DNA of 64,000 bases from positions 1 through 64,000 of the forward strand of contig CAVWLW010000072.1 in NCBI GenBank assembly GCA_963755715.1, written 5' to 3'. Numbering within the stretch: position 1 is the stretch's first letter; each line of letters begins with the position of its first letter. Source of the DNA: an uncultured delta proteobacterium (lineage in GTDB: Bacteria; Desulfobacterota; Binatia; UBA9968). A program made the position numbers and the translations under genes. The notes below the pieces were generated by a model. That model had not been told where the DNA came from, made no database searches, and saw only the letters and a program-made list of their open reading frames with translations. Shown here in pieces: positions 18,942 to 28,898 of this stretch.

Positions 18942-19670
18942 ATGCAAGGTAAAGTTGCGATTATTACGGGCGCCGCCAAAGGCATTGGCCGACATGCGGC
19001 GCTCACGCTCGCCAAAGCCGGCGCAAAGGTCGTGCTCGCCGACGCCGACGGCGAGCGCATGCATAAGACGCTCGGCGAGATACGAAATCTGCGCGCGGAA
19101 GCTCTTGCCGTGCCAACCGACGTGCGCGACGAAAAAGACGTGCGCCGGTTGGTTTTCGAAGTGGCGGACCGTTTCGGCCAGATCGATGCGTTGATCAACG
19201 ACGCGGGCATCGTGCCGCATTTCAATTGGGGCATACCGCGCTGGCCGCGCGTGCGCTATCTGAGCAAAGATTTCTGGGACAGCGTGATACAGACAAACCT
19301 CGGCGGCACCTTTCTTTGCACCAAGTACGTCGTCCCTTTCATGGAAGAACGCCGTTCAGGAAATATCGTGAATCTCTGGGGCGGCGGACGGCCGGAAAAT
19401 CATGGCGCGTCGCCGTACGTCGTCAGCAAGGATGCCATCCGCACGTTCACCCGATTCGTCGCCGAAGAAGAACGCGAATGGAACGTCTGTGTCGTCGCCT
19501 TCAGTCCCAAGCAAGCAATCGCCACTGAAGACGCGCCCGAAGAAGCGCGCAAGCGCCTGCCCGGTCCTGAAACGCTCGGCAACGGTTTCGTCCTCGCCGC
19601 GCAAGCCGGCATGGAGATGACGGGCAAAACGGTGGAGCATCGCGACGGCAAACTGGTTGCGGTGGATTAG
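18942..19670 (+). CDS. Short-chain dehydrogenase/reductase (SDR)
   Basis: TGAAKGIG, INDAG, YVVSK; NLWGG in place of usual NxSS. Confidence 0.92.
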   Translation: MQGKVAIITGAAKGIGRHAALTLAKAGAKVVLADADGERMHKTLGEIRNLRAEALAVPTDVRDEKDVRRLVFEVADRFGQIDALINDAGIVPHFNWGIPRWPRVRYLSKDFWDSVIQTNLGGTFLCTKYVVPFMEERRSGNIVNLWGGGRPENHGASPYVVSKDAIRTFTRFVAEEEREWNVCVVAFSPKQAIATEDAPEEARKRLPGPETLGNGFVLAAQAGMEMTGKTVEHRDGKLVAVD

Positions 19671-19717
19671 CCGAAGGCTTGGTAGGCGATGTCTTTTATC
19701 TCATGGACACTTGGAAC

Positions 19718-19807
19718 CTCATTCCGGCCAAGCGGGCGACAGCTAGCGCGAACCCAAATCCAAGACTTCGAAGGGCCACAAGATTTCCGCTTCTACCGGA
19801 CTGACGG
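19718..19807. repeat. Decayed REP-like inverted doublet (GTCATTCC..GGAATCC family)
   Basis: CTCATTCCGGCCAAGC...AAATCCA and GATTTCCGCTTCTACCGGACTGACG resemble the two arms of the element at 25329-25358. Confidence 0.4.
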
Positions 19808-19909
19808 TGCATGATGCAATGATCTACTAATCGCACTTGTGAGACGAGATGCTACTTTTGTATCTGGTGTGTCGTGTCGGGACGTAGCCCAAGGTGCAAG
19901 GAGGCAATC

Positions 19910-20785
19910 ATGGAAGCAATCGTGTTAACGAATCACGATCTTGAAATCGAGGACATTGAGTATCTTCGCCACGGCGACAACCCGCTCTTGCTTCGGCTGT
20001 TCAAACCGGCCGGCAGCGGCCCGTTCCCGCTCATAGTCCAGCTTCACGGCGGCGCCTGGTGTCGAGGCGACCGCATTAATGACACGGCGCTCAACGAGGC
20101 GCTGGCAAAAAGCGGCGTAGTGGTGGCCGCGTTGGATTGGCGAATGCCACCTATTGCGCCTTATCCGGCTGCGCTGGCCGATATCAATTATGCGATCCGC
20201 TGGCTCAAGAACCGCTCCGGCGATTTGCGTAGCCGCCCTGAACGTTTCGGACTTCTCGGAAATTCGAGCGGTGGGCATCAAGCGATGCTCGCAGCGATGC
20301 GGCCGCGCGATCCTCGCTATTCAGCGCTGCCGCTATCCGCCGGAGCGGCGCAGGTCGACGCCAGCGTGCATTGCATCGTCATGTGTTGGCCCGTCATCGA
20401 TCCTTTAGGGCGCTATCGCTACGCCAAAGATCTCAAGACCCGCGGCGGAGCGCACACTGAGTTTGCCGACCGTGTGCTGCCGAGCCATGATCAATTCTGG
20501 GAAACCGAGGAAGCTATGTCCGAAGGCAGCCCCACACGCGCGCTCGAACGCGGAGAAAAAGTGGAATTACCCCCTACCCTCTACATTCAAGGCACCGCCG
20601 ACATGGCGCATCCCAAACCCGACCGCGAACGCTTCGTCGAAAGTTACCGCAAAGCTGGCGGCCATTTAGAGCTGGAACTATTCGAAGGCGAAGCCGAAGG
20701 CTTCATCGGCAGAAACGCGAACTCATCAAACGCGGCGCGGGCGATGGACAAGATCATCGACTTCGTTCATAGGCAACTCAGTTGA
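19910..20785 (+). CDS. HSL-like alpha/beta hydrolase; usual catalytic His position is Glu
   Basis: HGGAW, GNSSGG, QGTAD; C-terminal GEAEGF instead of GxxHGF; AAGGAGG RBS. Confidence 0.88.
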   Translation: MEAIVLTNHDLEIEDIEYLRHGDNPLLLRLFKPAGSGPFPLIVQLHGGAWCRGDRINDTALNEALAKSGVVVAALDWRMPPIAPYPAALADINYAIRWLKNRSGDLRSRPERFGLLGNSSGGHQAMLAAMRPRDPRYSALPLSAGAAQVDASVHCIVMCWPVIDPLGRYRYAKDLKTRGGAHTEFADRVLPSHDQFWETEEAMSEGSPTRALERGEKVELPPTLYIQGTADMAHPKPDRERFVESYRKAGGHLELELFEGEAEGFIGRNANSSNAARAMDKIIDFVHRQLS

Positions 20786-20887
20786 GCCGTGAAAGAATCG
20801 CGCGGGACTACTTGTTGTTAAAAAGGCGCTCAATCAATGCACCGGTAACGACGTCCGTGGTCAGCTAGGATCCTGCTAAAACCAGCC

Positions 20888-21736
20888 ATGACGTCAGCGA
20901 CAATCAAACTTTTTTTGCCTCGCGGAGATGCGAAGAGTCTGCGAACAGCCGAAATCTCCAATTGGACTGGCAAAGCAATAGCAGCGCCGCGAACAGAGCT
21001 CGACGAGCTGCTTCAACGCGAGGAACTTGACAAAGCGGGTGTTTACATTCTGTCCGGCAGCGATCCTCTCTCCGGCTCACTGCGCGCGTATATCGGCGAG
21101 GCTGAGGTTATCCGCGAGCGCCTTAAGCAGCATAAGACCAAGGAATTCTGGATTTCAGCGATAGTGTTTGTCAGCAAAGATGAAAATCTGACTAAGGCTC
21201 ATGTGAGATATATCGAGAACAGGGTCCTCACGGAAGCCGCACAAGTCGGCAGATGCACACTTGAGCAGAACCAACCTGGTGGCGCGAAGTTACCCGAATC
21301 CGACCGCGAAGATATGGAGGTGTTCCTTTCGCACATTCGTCAGCTGTTGCCGGTGCTCGGCTCCGACCTTCTAATCCCCGTCGGACAACCAGCCGCCAAG
21401 CAGCAATCCGGCGGCATTCTTTTCTGCCGCATGAAGGGCGCTGAAGGACGTGGTCGTCGCACACCCGACGGTTTTGTGGTGTTTCGAGGCTCTACGGCTG
21501 TCTTGCAGGAACGCGAGTCGGCAAAGAAGTATCCGTATGTGCTTACGCTCCGCAACCAGTTGATTGCCAACGGCACGCTCGTCAAGAAGGTCGGCTTTTA
21601 CGAGTTTACCAAAGATACAGAGTTTTCTAGTCCTAGTGCAGCCGCAGCGGTGATCGAGGGCGGCAGCGCGAACGGACTTATTGAGTGGAGAACGGAGGAT
21701 GGGAGAGTCCTCAAAGAACTCGACGAACAGCCCTAA
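20888..21736 (+). CDS. GIY-YIG nuclease family protein with C-terminal DUF4357
   Basis: GVYIL...AYIGEAE..RERL..H; GFVVFRGS, FSSPSAAAAVI.G.SANG..EW. Confidence 0.9.
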   Translation: MTSATIKLFLPRGDAKSLRTAEISNWTGKAIAAPRTELDELLQREELDKAGVYILSGSDPLSGSLRAYIGEAEVIRERLKQHKTKEFWISAIVFVSKDENLTKAHVRYIENRVLTEAAQVGRCTLEQNQPGGAKLPESDREDMEVFLSHIRQLLPVLGSDLLIPVGQPAAKQQSGGILFCRMKGAEGRGRRTPDGFVVFRGSTAVLQERESAKKYPYVLTLRNQLIANGTLVKKVGFYEFTKDTEFSSPSAAAAVIEGGSANGLIEWRTEDGRVLKELDEQP

Positions 21737-21789
21737 CCAACCGGAGTGAGTCTCGCAAAACCTCGCGTCGCTCAACTGGAGCGTTAAAC
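21731..21789 (+). mobile_element. Degenerate integron attC-like site (59 bp)
   Basis: Begins CCCTAAC (contains nuclease stop codon), ends GCTCAACTGGAGC-GTTAAAC (GTTRRRY); imperfect inner pairing. Confidence 0.4.
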
Positions 21790-21822
21790 GTTGCAAGCAA
21801 TAGATCTTCGCGCAGAGACAAG

Positions 21823-22827
21823 ATGGCACACTCAAGTCACTTACATATTCCTGTTATCGACGTAAGTGCGCTGGTGTCGGGAAAAGAAGATCGCGACGAA
21901 GTCGCGGGCAGAATTGGACAAGCATGTCGCGACTGGGGGTTCTTTTATATTGTCGGTCATGGTGTGGACGAACATCTCCAGCGGCGGCTTGAGGAAGTGA
22001 GCCGGCAATTCTTCGCGCAAGATCTTGAGACAAAGCTCGAAATCAAAATGTCGCATGGGGGTAGAGCTTGGCGCGGGTACTTCCCCGTCGGCGGCGAGCT
22101 CACATCCGGCAAGCCGGATTTAAAGGAGGGGATCTACTTTGGCGCCGAGCTTGAGGATGATCACCCGCTTGTGATAGCGGGGACGCCGCTGCATGGCCCA
22201 AACCTTTTTCCAGCCGATATACCGCAATTCCGGGAAACCGTTTTGGCTTACATGGCGGCGTTGACAACGCTCGGCCACTCACTGATGGCCGGCATCGCTC
22301 TCAGCCTCGGCTTAGAAGAATCCTACTTTTTCGACCGGTATACATCAGAACCTTTGATACTGTTTCGGATCTTCAACTATCCTCCGCATCCGCCTAACAC
22401 AGCGGCTGAATCAAACTTGGGAGTTGGGGAACACACCGACTATGGACTGCTGACTATTCTCAGGCAAGACATGTCGGGAGGCTTAGAGATAAAAATAAAG
22501 TCCCGTTGGGTAGCCGCGCCGCCCATACCTAACTCGTTTGTGTGCAACATAGGTGACATGCTGGATCGCATGACGGGAGGGCGCTATTTATCCACGCCTC
22601 ATCGCGTGCGGAATCTCGCCGGGCACAATCGTTTATCATTTCCGTTCTTCTTCGACCCAAACTTCAGCGCGGAAGTCCGGCCGATAGAGATTGACGCGAA
22701 AGCAAATGACAACAAGGAAGAGCGTTGGGATCGCGCCAGCGTTCACGAATTTAGCGGGACCTATGGTGATTATCTGCTGAGTAAAGTATCAAAGGTTTTT
22801 CCAGAGCTACGTCGTAGAGTACTCTAA
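21823..22827 (+). CDS. Isopenicillin N synthase-like 2OG-Fe(II) oxygenase
   Basis: IPVIDV, ACRDWGFFY, EHTDYG (HxD), STPHRV, RLSFPFF. Confidence 0.93.
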   Translation: MAHSSHLHIPVIDVSALVSGKEDRDEVAGRIGQACRDWGFFYIVGHGVDEHLQRRLEEVSRQFFAQDLETKLEIKMSHGGRAWRGYFPVGGELTSGKPDLKEGIYFGAELEDDHPLVIAGTPLHGPNLFPADIPQFRETVLAYMAALTTLGHSLMAGIALSLGLEESYFFDRYTSEPLILFRIFNYPPHPPNTAAESNLGVGEHTDYGLLTILRQDMSGGLEIKIKSRWVAAPPIPNSFVCNIGDMLDRMTGGRYLSTPHRVRNLAGHNRLSFPFFFDPNFSAEVRPIEIDAKANDNKEERWDRASVHEFSGTYGDYLLSKVSKVFPELRRRVL

Positions 22828-22883
22828 AGTTTCGCTCGTGTGCCAATCGAGATCATGAACGGATTCTTTCAAGGAGTGCGCCG

Positions 22884-23997
22884 ATGACAAACGCGGATCG
22901 GTCGAGGTGGATGATGTTCATCACTGTCGCCGTACTGACGGTGTGTGGTGGCGGAGCGTACACTCAGGATGAAATCGAGCCTACCAATGACTTGCCCAAT
23001 CCGTATCGAACCACCGCACCGTGGGGAAAACTCCCTGATGGAAGAAAGTGGGGCGCGCTGAATGCCGTCGCCATCGATAACGACGGTGAATCCGTCTGGG
23101 TTGCCGACCGATGCGGCGCGAATCCCGATACCCCTCCTGGTGCGTCCACGTTCCAGTACGACAGCTGCGCCGGTTCAACCCTGTCACCGATTCTCAAGTT
23201 TGATTCTTCCGGCAACTTGATGAAAAGCTTCGGCGCCGGCATGTTTATTTTTCCCCACAAGATTTCTATGGACCGGGACGGCAACCTGTGGGTGGCTGAC
23301 CAAAGATCGGCAAACGAGCGGGAGCTCGCTAAGTTCCCTGAAGAAAAGGAAAAGGGGCACATCGTCGTCAAGTTCAGTCCCGATGGCAATGTCTTGTTGA
23401 GGATTGGGAAGCCCGGATCGGAAGGCAATCCTCCGAACGCCTTGACCCAACCAACCAGCGTCGTGATTGCGTCCAATGGCGACATCTTTATATCCGAGGG
23501 CCACAACCAGAATCCTCAAGCTCCGCCGGAGACCGTCTCACGCATCTCCAAATTCACGAAGGACGGCAAGTTCATAAAGTCATTCGGTAAGCTGGGATCC
23601 GGACCGGGAGAATTTAGAGGACCTCACGACTTGGCCATGGATGCCGAGGGACGACTCTTTGTTGCCGACCGGGGCAACATGCGTATCCAAATATTCGATC
23701 AGCAAGGGAAGTATCTCGGCGAGTGGAAACAATTCAGTCGCCCAAGCGGTGTCTACATCAGGGGCGACATGATCTATGTGGCCGACTCCGAGTCCAACGG
23801 TGTGGCTCCACACCCGGGATGGAAACGAGGGATCCGCATAGGCAACCTCAAAGATGGCAAGGTCCTCTACCGCATCCCGGACCCGCTCGAAATGAAGGGA
23901 ACCAGTGCAGCGGAGGGCTTGGCAGTGGATGCGAAAGAACAACGTGTACGGCGGCGAAGTCGGCCCGCGACAACTAGTAAAACACGTCAAGCAGTAG
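22884..23997 (+). CDS. Secreted NHL-repeat beta-propeller (PAL-like); +1 indel at about 23937
   Basis: Signal peptide; PH/PTSV/DRGNMRIQIFD NHL repeats; corrected end NVYGGEVGPRQLVKHVKQ*. Confidence 0.85.
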
Positions 23998-24253
23998 GAA
24001 GGCGAGATCGCCAGCAAAAATCTCGAATTGGGTAAATGGCACGTGGAGGTTCGAGACACTAACGCAGGTGCCGCCAACAGCCGAGTAAATCTGCCTAGCG
24101 GATCATTGGCAGACCATTGGAGCATAAACTCGCAGTACGTCATGGCGCAAACATCGAGTAACAGGCTGCATGAACCCACCCATGTGCATCCATCGCGCAG
24201 ACCGAATTAGCGCCACGAAATCCCGCAACAGTCCACGCCGAGGCCCCCACAGA

Positions 24254-25070
24254 ATGAGTGACTACGGAACAGACAAAGTCTTCGCCGGTTCGATCCCGGA
24301 ACTTTATGAAACCTACTTGGTTCCGCTGATCTTCGAGCCATACGCTGCGGACCTTGTGGCGCGCTTAGCGTCAAGACCTTTGGCGCGAGTGCTCGAGATC
24401 GCGGCCGGCACCGGCGTCGTGACCCGTGCCATGGCATCGGCGCTACCGGAGACCGTCTCCATCGTCGCCACGGACTTGAATCAGTCGATGCTCGACCAAG
24501 CCGCTGTGCGCGGCACCAAGCATCCGGTCACTTGGCGCCAAGCTGATGCCATGAAGCTTCCCTTTGCCGACGACGCCTTCGACGCAGTCGTATGCCAGTT
24601 CGGAGTCATGTTTTTCCCCGAAAAACGGGTAGCGTATTCGGAAGTACGCCGAGTGCTCAGGTTGGGCGGTATTTTCATTTTCAACGCGTGGGATCGTATC
24701 GAAGAGAATGAGTTCGCCGACACCGTGACGACTGCGCTTGAGGCGCTTTTCCCGCATGATCCGCCGCGCTTTCTCGCGCGGACACCGCACGGCTATCATG
24801 ACGTTGAGACCATTGAACGAGATCTCGCGGCTGGCGGGTTCACGGCGTCCCCTGAAATCACAACACTGGCGTCCCGCAGCCACGCGGCGTCGTGCGACCA
24901 CCCCGCCATCGCCTATTGTCAAGGCACGCCGCTGCGAAACGAGATAGAAGCACGGAATCTCTCAGCTGGCGAACGCAACCACGGTCGCTGCGGAAGCTAT
25001 CGCGCATCGGTTTGGCCGCGGCGCCGTGGATGGCAAAATCCAAGCACATGTCATCACCATCGCGAAATGA
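24254..25070 (+). CDS. Class I SAM-dependent methyltransferase; frameshift at about 24960
   Basis: VLEIAAGTG, ADAMKLPFADDAFDAVVCQFG; corrected end FGRGAVDGKIQAHVITIAK*. Confidence 0.88.
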
Positions 25071-25163
25071 TGGTCGCCGCTCGAGGCGAATGCGCGAAGT
25101 TGCAGTCTAGGGCCCAGTATTAATATTTGATTTTCTGAGCCTATAACGAGGTGACCATCAGAT

Positions 25164-25307
25164 ATGCTTATGTGGAAAAATTTCAAAGTCACCGACGCTG
25201 ACGCGCACATGCATGAGCCGCAGCATCTTTGGCAACGCTACGTCGAGCCTAAATATCGCGATCAAGTCTCGAAGGTTGCATTCATGCATGGCAACTTCAT
25301 GGTTTAC
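25164..25307 (+). pseudogene. N-terminal fragment of an amidohydrolase_2 gene
   Basis: VTDADAHMHEP..LW.RY motif, then runs into a REP-like element after about 48 codons. Confidence 0.7.
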
Positions 25308-25358
25308 TGGGTCCAGATCCCGATTCGCCTGGATTCACGCTTAAAGGCGGGAATGACG
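25308..25358. repeat. REP-like palindromic element (GTCATTCCCGC...AATCCAG family)
   Basis: GTCCAG..CTGGATTCACGCTTAAAGGCGGGAATGACG. Confidence 0.6.
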
Positions 25359-25460
25359 AACTGCGGATAGGCGATTTTGGATGCATCAGCAGCGGGCGGA
25401 GTGATTCAATTTGACCGCAGCCTGCTTATTTTATAATTACTACGCTCCAGGAGGTGACCT

Positions 25461-25877
25461 ATGATTGCCATAAATGATCAAATGAAGGAGCTGGTTGATA
25501 ACGCCTTGGCCAACGGCTCTCCGTGCATTCTCGCCACGGTTTCCGGCGACGGCGAGCCGGATATCGGCTACAAAGGCAGCATGATGGTGTTTGACCCCGA
25601 GTCACTCGCCTATTGGGAGCGGACGAAGCGGGTGCATCTCAAGAACGTGAAAGAGAACCCGCGCGTCATCGTGCTTTTCCGCGACGCCAAAACGAAAGCG
25701 GCGTGGCGCTTTCACGGCACGGCAACCCTGCATGAAGACGGACCGATCCGCGATCAGGTCATGGGGCGCACGGTGAAGGAAGAGCTCGATAAGGATCCCG
25801 AACGCAAAGGCGCCGCGGTGGTGATTCGCTTGGATAAAATCACCAATATGGGCGGACAAGTCTTGTCGAGCCGTTAG
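25461..25877 (+). CDS. Pyridoxamine 5'-phosphate oxidase-like split-barrel flavin-binding protein
   Basis: ILATVSGDGEP, KGS, NVKENPRV, RFHGTA; AGGAGG RBS. Confidence 0.88.
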   Translation: MIAINDQMKELVDNALANGSPCILATVSGDGEPDIGYKGSMMVFDPESLAYWERTKRVHLKNVKENPRVIVLFRDAKTKAAWRFHGTATLHEDGPIRDQVMGRTVKEELDKDPERKGAAVVIRLDKITNMGGQVLSSR

Positions 25878-26001
25878 CGATCCGTCGTGTTCTGATTTTC
25901 GCTATTCATGCGAGCATAAAGCTCGCGCGAAAATTTGGCAGTATCGCGACGGCGAGGCCGTCGTGAACATCTCGTATCGCCGCAGCGCGACACGCCGCCT
26001 C

Positions 26002-26872
26002 ATGATCATCCCCAACGTCGCCGCTGCATAGTCGCGTATCTTCTACGGCTGGCGCATGATCGGATTGGTGTCCGCGATCCGTGTGGTCGGCGGCGGGTTG
26101 CATCAATACGGCTTCACGGTTTTTTTGCTACCAATCAGCCAAGACCTGGGGCTGAGCCGCGCTGCCACTTCGCTTGCCTTCTCGCTCTCGCGCGCCCAAG
26201 GCGCCATCGAAGCGCCTTTCGTCGGCTACTTGATCGATCGCTTCGGACCGCGGCCGATCATCGTTGTCGCCGCGTTTCTCGCCGGCATCGGTTACATCCT
26301 TCTGTCCTGGGTAGAGAGCTACACCAATTTTCTGATCATCTATCTCGCCGTCATTTCACTCGCACCCGGTCAACAAGCCGGGACTGATGACGCTTTGCCA
26401 TCTCGCTCCCGCGCTCGCGGTGCTGCCGCTGCTCGGTGACGCGCTGCGCTGGCAGCTTTGGTTGTTTACAAGTTTTTACACTCTGCTCGACGCTTCGTTT
26501 CCGATCGTCTGGGCCACAGTGGGAGATTTCTACGGACGGAAGTACTTTGCGACGATTCGCGGCATGTTGAGTTTTTTCTATATGTGGGGAAGCGTCGCCG
26601 GGCCGGTCCTCGCCGGGGCGATTTACGACCGTAGTCAAAGCTACACGAGGGTAATGTGGGGACTGTTTTTGGTTCTCGCCGTCGCGACGCTGCTCAACGC
26701 GCTGTTGATCAAGCCGTGGCGTCGATGTGCCACGGCAGCGCAGTTAAACGACTGGGCGACGAACAATCATCTTCAAAAACTAACATCGGCAATACAGACC
26801 ATCCAAAAAATCAGGTCGAAGATCACGCCCCTTCTCCCGCTTCCTCACGGTAAAGCTGGAGCGCTTCCATGA
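26002..26872 (+). pseudogene. MFS (OFA-like) transporter pseudogene
   Basis: In-frame TAG at codon 10, IFYGW and IDRFGPR N-half, abrupt out-of-frame jump at about 26363 to C-half (GDFYGRKYFATIRG); central helices missing. Confidence 0.75.
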
Positions 26873-27885
26873 CCGGCAGATCGCTCACCGAAAAAAGTAT
26901 CGCGGCCTCTGTTTGAGAGCGATTTTGATGGCTGTGCCAGCTCCACAGCGGCACGACGAAGCAGTCGCCCTGCTCCCATTCGAATTTTTGACCGTTAATG
27001 ACCGTCGCGCCGTTTCCTCTAAAGGCGTGATAGATGGTGCTGCAATTGTGCCGATGCGTTTTGGTGATTTCCCCGGGACGGAGCATTTGCATGCCGCAGG
27101 ATAACGTCGGCATTGTGTGACCACCGTCCGGATTGACGTATTCCAACGCCACGCCATCGAAAGGACTTCCCGGCCCATCGCTCAGGCATTGCAGCTTCTC
27201 GTAGGTATCCTGCCATTTGTAGTGCAAGTTATAACGTGGGACGTTCCGAGGCTTTTTCCCAAGTCGGCCGCGTCGTGCCGACGCGCGACGTGGTGTGCTC
27301 GGAAACCGGCTTCATGGGTTGGAGGCCGCCGGGAAATGCTTCCCAGGTGATCGCCTGGAGCAAGAACAGCAAGGGATTATCCAAACCATCGAGCCAGACC
27401 ACGGGCTCGCCGCCGTTGCGGTGTCCATGCCACGTCATCGACGGCGTGAGGATAAGGTCGCCCTCCTGCATGGGAATTTTTTCGCCTTCGACGATCGTGT
27501 ATGCGCCGGTGCCCTTGAGGATAAAGCGGAACGCAGCGAAGTTATGTCGATGATCGTGCGCCACCTCGCCCGGTTTCAGCAGTTGCAAGGTCATCAGCAT
27601 CGTATGTGTCGTCGTTCGTTGCCGGCGGTTTTTTTCGTCTTGGTAGGCGGGATTGATCAGCCGCAGCACGCGCCGCTCGGCTTTGCCGTCCAGACCATGC
27701 ATGTTCGCCACCGTCTGGATCGCCTCGTAGAGCGCCGGCCATTTCCACACGTGCGGCAGCACCGATGTATGCGGGTCTTTGCTGTAAGTCGCCATGTCTG
27801 CGTCGGAGGCCGGCGACCACAACCCTTCGACACTCAAGCCACGCAGTTTTTCATCGAGTTCGCGTAAAAGTTCTTCTTCCGACAT
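26823..27885 (-). CDS. Gentisate 1,2-dioxygenase-like bicupin; +1 indel at about 27232
   Basis: ERRVLRLINP, HDHRH, TPSMTWHGH, WLDGLD, EYVNP.GG, THRH, VPLWSWH. Confidence 0.88.
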
Positions 27886-27918
27886 CTTCTGGTGTTCCTT
27901 CGGTCAGTCAATTGCCCC

Positions 27919-28896
27919 TTAGGGTTTTTTGATCCCCATCTCTCGTTGCGCCGCCTGAAGCGGCGCCAAATCGATGATTTCACTCAGGGGCAGATCGCGC
28001 GTTAGCTTGAGTTCCGCCTTGGCTTGCTCTAACACCATGCGCAAACCTTCGGGTGGAATATTTCCGTCCGGACTGAAGACCTTCCAGGTGGAATCGTAGG
28101 AGGCCACAGCGTGGTCACGCTCTATCTTCCCCCATTCCATCAGGATCCGCACAGCGCCTTCTTTGTCGTCCCGGATAAAACGGTTTGCTCGCACCATGGC
28201 CTTTACAACTTTTTTAACCTCGTCCGGCTTCTCCTTGATCGTTTTGAGATTGGCGCCGATGCCGATGAATGGGAAACTAAAAACCTCGTACGCTCTGAGA
28301 AGGACGTTGAATCCCATCTGCCCTCCTAGGGCGTCACCGGGCGGGGCAATCACGGCTACATCCACCAGACCTTCCTTCAGCGCGGCGAGACGAGCTCGAT
28401 CCGGCCCCAGGGCGATGAACTTGAGATCTCTCTCCGTATCCAGACCAAAGGATTTGAGCATCATTCGACCAGCCACCTCGTCGGTGCCGCCGAAGTTACC
28501 GATGCCGACAATTTTTCCCTTAAGTTGCTTGCCCGATTTGTATTCAGGCTTGGCGACCAAGGCGTGAGTTGAACCATCCAAGAGGCTCGCGAGAGCACGC
28601 ATCGGCATACCCCGAAGCGCGCCGCGCACGACCGAGCCGAAGAGCAAGGTATAGGCAACGTCTCCGGTTACAAGCGCGGTGATAATGTTCGGCACGTTCA
28701 TGCGAATGATCTCTACGTCGAGGCCTTCGTCTTTGAAAAAACCTTTTTTGAAAGCGACTCCGGACGGCAGAAAGGACATATTGGGGTTGGTTACTGAGAT
28801 CCGCACTTTGTCGGCAGCATCGACAGGCGAATTCGGCGCGCAAATAGCGATGCACCCTATTAGCAGACAACAAAGTTTTCTCGTGACAATGTTCAC
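27919..28896 (-). CDS. NMT1/SsuA-type ABC substrate-binding protein (orphan)
   Basis: GTG start, signal peptide, KGFFKDEGLD, LKGKIVGI; fused to upstream cupin in ORF track only because of an indel. Confidence 0.85.
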   Translation of the reverse strand: MNIVTRKLCCLLIGCIAICAPNSPVDAADKVRISVTNPNMSFLPSGVAFKKGFFKDEGLDVEIIRMNVPNIITALVTGDVAYTLLFGSVVRGALRGMPMRALASLLDGSTHALVAKPEYKSGKQLKGKIVGIGNFGGTDEVAGRMMLKSFGLDTERDLKFIALGPDRARLAALKEGLVDVAVIAPPGDALGGQMGFNVLLRAYEVFSFPFIGIGANLKTIKEKPDEVKKVVKAMVRANRFIRDDKEGAVRILMEWGKIERDHAVASYDSTWKVFSPDGNIPPEGLRMVLEQAKAELKLTRDLPLSEIIDLAPLQAAQREMGIKKP

Positions 28897-28898
28897 AG

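Noticed and set aside
21823-25070. Biosynthetic gene cluster (IPNS-like + NHL + methyltransferase) or multi-cassette integron array
   Set aside because: No core synthase, long unrelated spacers, and no further attC-like sites found after these genes
27225-27240. Programmed frameshift or stop readthrough in dioxygenase and other split genes
   Set aside because: No slippery heptamers or SECIS-like context seen; breaks are frame changes at heterogeneous sites, consistent with sequencing error
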